Positions 58,450 through 64,000 of a stretch of DNA of 64,000 bases are shown here, one piece after another. The notes under the pieces were generated by a model, which was given only the letters and a program-made list of their open reading frames with translations, was not told the origin of the DNA and did not search any database. Position 1 is the first letter of the stretch; the number at the start of each line of letters is the position of its first letter. Origin of the DNA: a virus. The translations under genes and the position numbers were made by a program. The stretch lies in the IMG/VR virus record IMGVR_UViG_3300045988_039444. One strand, 5' to 3'.

Positions 58450-61400
58450 TTAAGCTCTTTTACGTCTTGCAAGACCACCACAAGCAAAACCACTTCTCAT
58501 GTGATTAGTTACTCCACGAGGCCATAATTTCTCGTATAAGCGGGCACTTGCGTAATTATTAACTGCTCCGGCAAGACCTTCAACTCCTTGTAACATTCCT
58601 TGTAATCCTTGCGTTCTGACTGCCATTAACTGTTGATTCAAGCCGACAGCTTTGTTATATTCATTAATAGCGTCTTGATACATAATTTGACTATTAACAT
58701 TTCGAGCATTAACTCGTTCTTGCCTATTCAAATCATATCTTTGACGTTGATAATCTTTCTTAGCTCCATACAATTTATTTCGAGCAAGTTGAGCATTAAT
58801 TGCAAGATTTGCTACACTATTTCGAGCAGTTTGAACATTACTTGTGTTATCAGTAATATATCGAGCAGCTCTACGTTCTTGTGTGCCAAGTTCTTGTAAT
58901 TCCTCACTAATATCATAATCTGTACTATATTGGACAGCATCTACTTTATTACCTTTCGGAACATGAAGTGTAGATTCAAATTCAATAGCCTTTCGATTAG
59001 CACGAGTATTAAGAGCGTTACCTACAATTCCAAACAGTGAACTTGCAAGATTCATACCAAGTCCAAATTCATTAAATCCGAACTTAAATGCAGAACCACC
59101 GCCAGCACTTGCAGTAGTTTGAATTGGAGGTAAAGTAGTAAGTTTAGGAGCTGAAACTCCTGTAAGACTATAAGGTGAAGCATATCCACCAAAAGGTCTT
59201 TTCTTTCTTACCATTCCACCACAACGCATAATCGGAGCATCATCACGAAGTCCTAAAGCAGTGGCATAAAGTTCTTGAGCTTCAAACAAATCTGCTGTTT
59301 TAGTATCAATAGCTTCAGATTCACCACGAGCTTTATTCATTTTATAAACTAATTTTTCAATATTACGAATATTTGTTCCAGTTTGTAATTTGTTAGTTTT
59401 ACTCTTATCTAATGCAGATAAAGATAATGTAACTCCATCAGCAAGTTGAATGACTTGAGCTTCTTTTTTACCTTTCATATCAGTAAGTTTCTTTGCGTAA
59501 TCAGCGAAAGTACGATTTGTTCCGGGAACTTTAATTGTATCACTGAATACTTGACCACCTTCAGAAGTTTCACGAACAACTTCACCAGCATACATTCGAC
59601 CATTTTTAGCGCCGCCGCCTTCAATTTCCGAATCACCATATATGATTCCAGTTTCACCAGTAGCAGGATTATATTGTTCATGAGTTTGACCATAAGCAAC
59701 AACACTATTAGATGAATTAGGAACTACTTGACCACCGGTGTTTAACTTTCTACGACCAACCATTCCACCTAATTTAGCATAAAATCCTGTACCTTCGGAG
59801 TAATTGCCAAGATTACTTTGTCGAATAGTTGCAACATCATTTTCAACTTTATCTTGCATATTACCCAAAGTCTGCTGACGTTCCATTTCAGCTTGTTCAG
59901 CTAAAAGTTCTTGACGACGACGTTCTTCTTGACGCTTTTTCTTACGTCCAGTAAACAGACCAACAATGCCACCAATTAATGCGCCGATACCAGCACCGAT
60001 AGGGCCAAGCCAAGAACCAGCAGCTGCACCAGTAGCAAGCGCCGCGGTTCCACCAACAGCAGCTCCAATTCCTAATCCAGTTCCAGCTCCACTTAAAGCG
60101 CTACCACCTACGATACCTTCGCCATCAGCACTATATTTAGATTCGTCAATATCACTGGTTTGAACTCGTGTACCCCATTGAACACTACCGGGGTCATTAA
60201 TACTTGTTCCACCCCAATAAAATTTCCTACGAGGAGTTCCAACAAGTCCACCGAATTTAGCAGTAATACCACGAGAAGTTAAAACTTCATTATTAATCTT
60301 ATTTTGCATATTAGCATAAATAGCTGAATCACGAGCCATCAATTGATTTGCCTTTGCAATACCTTGGGCATTCAAATCAAGGTTGCCGTATTCATAAACA
60401 TCACTAAGATGTTTTCGTTTAATACCAACACCTTCATTTTCAAAATAATCTCGATTGTTTTTACCAGCGATTATACTACGATAAGCATCACCAGACATAA
60501 CGCCACCGAAATCTTTTCGCTTACGTCTTACAAGACCACCACAACGAGCAACTCCACGAGCAGTAACAATTTCATTATTGATTTTGTTCTGCATATTTGC
60601 ATAAATAAGTTTATCATTAGCAATCAACTTATCTACATAGTTCTTAACTGGGATTCCAGTATCATCATTCTTTCCGCCATGATATAATAAATCAATCATA
60701 CCATTACCGAAAAAACTATTACCGGAATTACGAGCCATTCCTAAATAATCAGCGGTAGCGTCATGTGTAGAACGAATACCACCGAAATTATATTTTTTAC
60801 GATTAGTTTTACTCATATCTTCAACATAGTTATCAGGATTATCATCAGTATTAAAATTAGAAAATAATTTATTTCTAATCATATCATAATCATTAGAACT
60901 ATTAGTTTTAAATATTTCTAATTCAGATTTATCTCTTCTTTTATTACCAGTAGTATATTCTTTAATAATACTATCTGTATTACGTTCATTAGCACCTTTT
61001 AACAATTTCTTATATTGTCTAAAACCAGTTCGACCTACTCGATATGCAAGATTAGACATAAGATTAACAATAGGTTGAGGTAAGGTATTGAAATCATCAA
61101 TACCATATTTCTCAGAATAAATATCACGAACATCATTGTAGGCTTTCGCCATACGACGATTCAATTCAGCATCAATTTGTTTTCTTGTTGCTTTACCTTT
61201 CGCTTTAACAGATTTAGTAAAATCAGAAGTATCATTTAACTTAAAACCGGGACCAATAGTTTTAGCACCACCTTCATATGAAGCATAAGGATAATAATAT
61301 TTACCATCTTTTGAACGTGAACGAACAGTTTTAAGTTTATTATTTTCTTTAACACGAACAAATTCTTTATCACCAGTCAATTCGTTATCCCAAATATGTT

Positions 61401-61467
61401 GAGAATACTCATTAATATAACGAGTAACTTGACGAAGACTATCAGGATTAACTTTACGATTAGACAT
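58450..61467 (-). CDS. repeat-containing virion protein (1005 aa) with glycine-zipper TM segment and five CGG[LM]VR[RK]KR-x-GG motifs
   Basis: Repeats CGGLVRRKRKDFGG, KFGGLVGTPRRKFYWGG, KLGGMVGRRKLNTGG, RCGGMVRKKRPFGG and a C-terminal ACGGLARRKRA. A duplicated ~50-aa block (IYANMQNKINNE...). A TM-like GAAVGGTAALATGAAAGSWLGPIGAGIGALIGGIVGLF followed by KKKRQEERRRQ. Confidence 0.8.
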   Translation of the reverse strand: MSNRKVNPDSLRQVTRYINEYSQHIWDNELTGDKEFVRVKENNKLKTVRSRSKDGKYYYPYASYEGGAKTIGPGFKLNDTSDFTKSVKAKGKATRKQIDAELNRRMAKAYNDVRDIYSEKYGIDDFNTLPQPIVNLMSNLAYRVGRTGFRQYKKLLKGANERNTDSIIKEYTTGNKRRDKSELEIFKTNSSNDYDMIRNKLFSNFNTDDNPDNYVEDMSKTNRKKYNFGGIRSTHDATADYLGMARNSGNSFFGNGMIDLLYHGGKNDDTGIPVKNYVDKLIANDKLIYANMQNKINNEIVTARGVARCGGLVRRKRKDFGGVMSGDAYRSIIAGKNNRDYFENEGVGIKRKHLSDVYEYGNLDLNAQGIAKANQLMARDSAIYANMQNKINNEVLTSRGITAKFGGLVGTPRRKFYWGGTSINDPGSVQWGTRVQTSDIDESKYSADGEGIVGGSALSGAGTGLGIGAAVGGTAALATGAAAGSWLGPIGAGIGALIGGIVGLFTGRKKKRQEERRRQELLAEQAEMERQQTLGNMQDKVENDVATIRQSNLGNYSEGTGFYAKLGGMVGRRKLNTGGQVVPNSSNSVVAYGQTHEQYNPATGETGIIYGDSEIEGGGAKNGRMYAGEVVRETSEGGQVFSDTIKVPGTNRTFADYAKKLTDMKGKKEAQVIQLADGVTLSLSALDKSKTNKLQTGTNIRNIEKLVYKMNKARGESEAIDTKTADLFEAQELYATALGLRDDAPIMRCGGMVRKKRPFGGYASPYSLTGVSAPKLTTLPPIQTTASAGGGSAFKFGFNEFGLGMNLASSLFGIVGNALNTRANRKAIEFESTLHVPKGNKVDAVQYSTDYDISEELQELGTQERRAARYITDNTSNVQTARNSVANLAINAQLARNKLYGAKKDYQRQRYDLNRQERVNARNVNSQIMYQDAINEYNKAVGLNQQLMAVRTQGLQGMLQGVEGLAGAVNNYASARLYEKLWPRGVTNHMRSGFACGGLARRKRA

Positions 61468-61487
61468 ACCATTAAAAGTTTGAGTAA

Positions 61488-61552
61488 CACGACAAGTGGG
61501 CGTGCAACCTCCTGCCCCACCGGGGAGCGAGGCCGAAGGCCGAGCCGCACAA
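61488..61552. repeat. GC-rich element copy 12 (F orientation; core + GGCC-GAA-GGCC hairpin)
   Basis: Core at 61496-61524. Confidence 0.9.
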
Positions 61553-61563
61553 GTTGTTACAAA

Positions 61564-64000
61564 TTATCTTTGATTATTACGATTATCAAGAATCCATTCG
61601 GGATTAACATCAATAAGTTCCCAAAGTCTGTTATTATCACTATTATTAAACTTCATTATACAATAAATATATTGACAAATGAATTTATTAATATCATACC
61701 ATTTAGCTTTACGTTTTAGTGCAGATTCATCTACAACTAAATCAGTAATCATAAAAGGTATTTGTTTGTGTATATCATTAACACTATTAAATCTCCAAAG
61801 ATTTACTTTATTAACACCAGTTGTACCATTATACCATTTATCATTAAATTTAACAATTTTATAACCAGTACATTGGTCATCATTATGAACCAATATTTCA
61901 TTAATAGTTTTATAAAATTCATTAACAGTAGGTAATAAATTATTAACAATATCAACTCTATCTTTCCAAGCGATATTATTTAATAACTTATTATAACTAT
62001 TATTATCATTAAGAATAAATTTAATATATGATTCTTTAATAAGTTGATTACCATTATCATCTTTTAAGAATCGACCATAATTATTTTTAGATATTGCATA
62101 AATGCCATGTTTATCAAACCAGAATAATCCATTTCGATTGGTAATACCTACAATAGGATTATAGTCATGAAATGAAATCCAAGCATTAGCAATAGGACTA
62201 AAACTAATTGTGAATTGTTTATTATCAACATTTTGGACTAAATATAAGATATTAGTATCTTCATTAAATGCCCAAATTCTACCATTATTCTTAAACGGAT
62301 TAATTACATCTTTTGCAAGATTACCATCAAACCATTTAAGAGCATTAAGAGCAGTCATATTACTTACTTTATCTCCATTGATATTGAAGATACGTCTATG
62401 AACTGCATCAATAACAAAATAACCAATAACATTAACGTGAGTATCAAAATAACTTTGACAACCTATATAACCACTGGGACTATATGTAACCTCTTGAGGT
62501 TCCATATTAAATATATCAGCTGTACCTAAATACGAAGTACCTTCATCCGTATTAGAAAGTGTATCACGAAGTTGTAATAAATGTAGACCATATGTTTGTT
62601 GAATATAAAGATTTTTATTGTCAGTTTTTAATGCAATAATTTCACCTCGATTAAAAGGCATATCTTTATAATCATCACTTCTAAATAATCGCCAATTAAG
62701 ATTAGCATTTTCAGCACTCTGTAATTGACTACGAATTATACGATAAGGATGGTCTTGAGTTCCGGGAATTTCTTCAAAATAAGTAAATGTTTCAATACCA
62801 TTCTCATTGTAAACAGGAGAATAACCTTTACCAACACTACTATTTATAAAATTATCAACTTGATAACTTAATTGATAAAATTCGCGTAATTCATTACCAC
62901 GTTTACCGTGATATTTAAAAGATTTATCTACATTATTAATACTAAATCGAGCAAGAATATTGAATTTACTTTCAAGAGGAACAGTAAATATCCAACGATA
63001 AACAGTGGCGTTACTGTCTAATTCTTTTGCTTGAGCATCACCATAACGATAATCAGATGATGGAGCAGTAGCTCGAAGGGTTATATATCCAATAAATGTA
63101 TCACCAACTAATGAAGTTATTATTTCAGAAGAACCTTTAATATTAATTACATTAGATGCAATTTGAAGTTTCTGATTATTAACATCAGAATAAAGTGTTT
63201 CAGAATTATTAATTAAATCGGCAATATATCCTCTTGCCCATTCTTCATTATCTGTACCTTTATTAAATCCATCAAAACCTTTTTCAATACGATAATAACT
63301 ATCGCCAGCAATATTGTTTTGAGAACTAATATTAGCATTGATATATTCAAGTGAAACATCTTTAGTTGCACGAGAAGTATCAATAGTAAGACTATTAATG
63401 TCAGCATCTAAGAATCGAGTTCCAGATTCATTAGGATTTGTATCAAATCCATCAAAATCTTCACCTTTCCATTTAGCTGGAAATACTTTTATATCATCAT
63501 CAAGTTCTTCATTTTTAACAAATTTAAGAACATCAGTTTCAAAGCATAGAGGTTTAAGTTTACCTCGAATACTATTTATCTTATTATAGAGATATTCAAA
63601 TGTATAAAATCTTGCATTATCTCCACCAAAAGGATTTTTATAAGTTTGATTCTTACCAAAATTATTAGTTTCAGTATCTCGCATTGCGAAACCTTGTGTA
63701 ACAATTCGAGAATTATTAATATTATGTTCAACAAAGAAATAAACTATTGAACTAATATATTTATTCATTAAATCTGTTTTACCAGCAAGATTAGCTTTGA
63801 TATTAATATTAGGACTTAATGTATAAGTAGGATTCCATTCAGAAGAAGTAGAATATAATTGGGTTAACCAATTAAATGTCGGAGCAGTTGAACCATTAAC
63901 TTTATAACTTAATCGAGCTTCAATTAAAATATATTTAGTTTCTTTTGCATCAAGATTAATTACGAAATTAGTTTTGGTATTAATTGTATTACCAATAAAT
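61564..64000 (-). CDS. large structural protein, N-terminus probably beyond window end (≥812 aa)
   Basis: The track gives Met at 63768, but the same frame stays open with no stop and no Met from 63769 to 64000. The gene therefore probably starts beyond the window end. Confidence 0.7.
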   Translation of the reverse strand, partial: FIGNTINTKTNFVINLDAKETKYILIEARLSYKVNGSTAPTFNWLTQLYSTSSEWNPTYTLSPNINIKANLAGKTDLMNKYISSIVYFFVEHNINNSRIVTQGFAMRDTETNNFGKNQTYKNPFGGDNARFYTFEYLYNKINSIRGKLKPLCFETDVLKFVKNEELDDDIKVFPAKWKGEDFDGFDTNPNESGTRFLDADINSLTIDTSRATKDVSLEYINANISSQNNIAGDSYYRIEKGFDGFNKGTDNEEWARGYIADLINNSETLYSDVNNQKLQIASNVINIKGSSEIITSLVGDTFIGYITLRATAPSSDYRYGDAQAKELDSNATVYRWIFTVPLESKFNILARFSINNVDKSFKYHGKRGNELREFYQLSYQVDNFINSSVGKGYSPVYNENGIETFTYFEEIPGTQDHPYRIIRSQLQSAENANLNWRLFRSDDYKDMPFNRGEIIALKTDNKNLYIQQTYGLHLLQLRDTLSNTDEGTSYLGTADIFNMEPQEVTYSPSGYIGCQSYFDTHVNVIGYFVIDAVHRRIFNINGDKVSNMTALNALKWFDGNLAKDVINPFKNNGRIWAFNEDTNILYLVQNVDNKQFTISFSPIANAWISFHDYNPIVGITNRNGLFWFDKHGIYAISKNNYGRFLKDDNGNQLIKESYIKFILNDNNSYNKLLNNIAWKDRVDIVNNLLPTVNEFYKTINEILVHNDDQCTGYKIVKFNDKWYNGTTGVNKVNLWRFNSVNDIHKQIPFMITDLVVDESALKRKAKWYDINKFICQYIYCIMKFNNSDNNRLWELIDVNPEWILDNRNNQR

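Noticed and set aside
34091-58508. Short + strand ORFs lying inside the giant − strand genes. These include 34091..34342 (−, nested), 34908..35108, 38215..38427, 41310..41504, 42033..42479, 43536..43754, 46359..46637, 47662..47913, 50706..51014, 52167..52391, 54600..54926, 55759..56049, 56386..56601, 58320..58508, 58633..58899, 59446..59715, 59966..60163, 60343..60687, 61396..61719, 61679..61864 and others.
   Set aside because: They are fully embedded in or antisense to long, uninterrupted, repeat-punctuated genes. Their low-complexity translations are typical of shadow ORFs.
1321-61552. Could the GC-rich repeats be a CRISPR array or a DGR template/variable repeat pair?
   Set aside because: Copies are 2–13 kb apart with no regular spacer periodicity and both orientations occur, so they are not CRISPR. 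There are 12 near-identical short copies with no adenine-specific variation and no reverse transcriptase in the window, so they are not a DGR.

Overview
This is an AT-rich (~30% GC) bacteriophage genome segment with crAss-like architecture. The density of direct repeats and intergenic hairpins seen throughout is typical of an accessory/phage region.

Layout:
- 1–3.4 kb: short − strand genes, including a PD-(D/E)xK nuclease.
- 3.5–4.45 kb: a divergent AT-rich, iteron-laden non-coding region.
- 4.5–33.8 kb: a + strand replication/nucleotide-metabolism module. It holds an SF1 (Dda/RecD-like) helicase interrupted in its P-loop by an intein carrying a LAGLIDADG homing endonuclease, a UDG-like gene, a family-B DNA polymerase, an SF2 helicase, an SSB-like protein, a TOPRIM protein, an ATP-dependent ligase, ThyX, a dNMP kinase, a DUF932-like protein and dUTPase. 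It also holds three tRNAs (Gln-UUG, Thr-UGU, Leu-UAA) and many small unknown early genes.
- 33.9–34.05 kb: a convergent terminator zone.
- 34–64 kb: a − strand module of giant virion-type proteins. These are 4392 aa (carrying a DFDID motif), 2658 aa (carrying a canonical-looking DFDGD motif plus a long coiled coil), ~1006 aa, 1005 aa (repetitive, with a glycine-zipper transmembrane segment) and ≥734 aa (its frame is open to the window end).

Most striking feature: a family of at least 12 GC-rich composite elements (~40–90 bp) scattered through the AT-rich genome.
- Each has a conserved ~37-nt core, CCCGGTGGG-(8 variable nt)-TTGCACGCCCAC-TTGTCGCG, or its reverse complement.
- Most copies add a GC hairpin closed by a GAA/TTC loop (the GCTGGGC-GAA-GCCCAGC type).
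- They sit at operon boundaries in both orientations, mostly alternating.
- Two copies lie in-frame inside the 3' end of the 2658-aa gene.
- Possible functions are a promoter or terminator for the phage's own RNAP, a protein-binding or structured-RNA signal, a miniature mobile element, or a cassette boundary.

Other notable points:
- A 97-aa early membrane protein shares its N-terminal ~60 aa with the N-terminus of the 2658-aa giant protein.
- The intein has Ala1 plus the W/C/T triplet typical of class-3 inteins.
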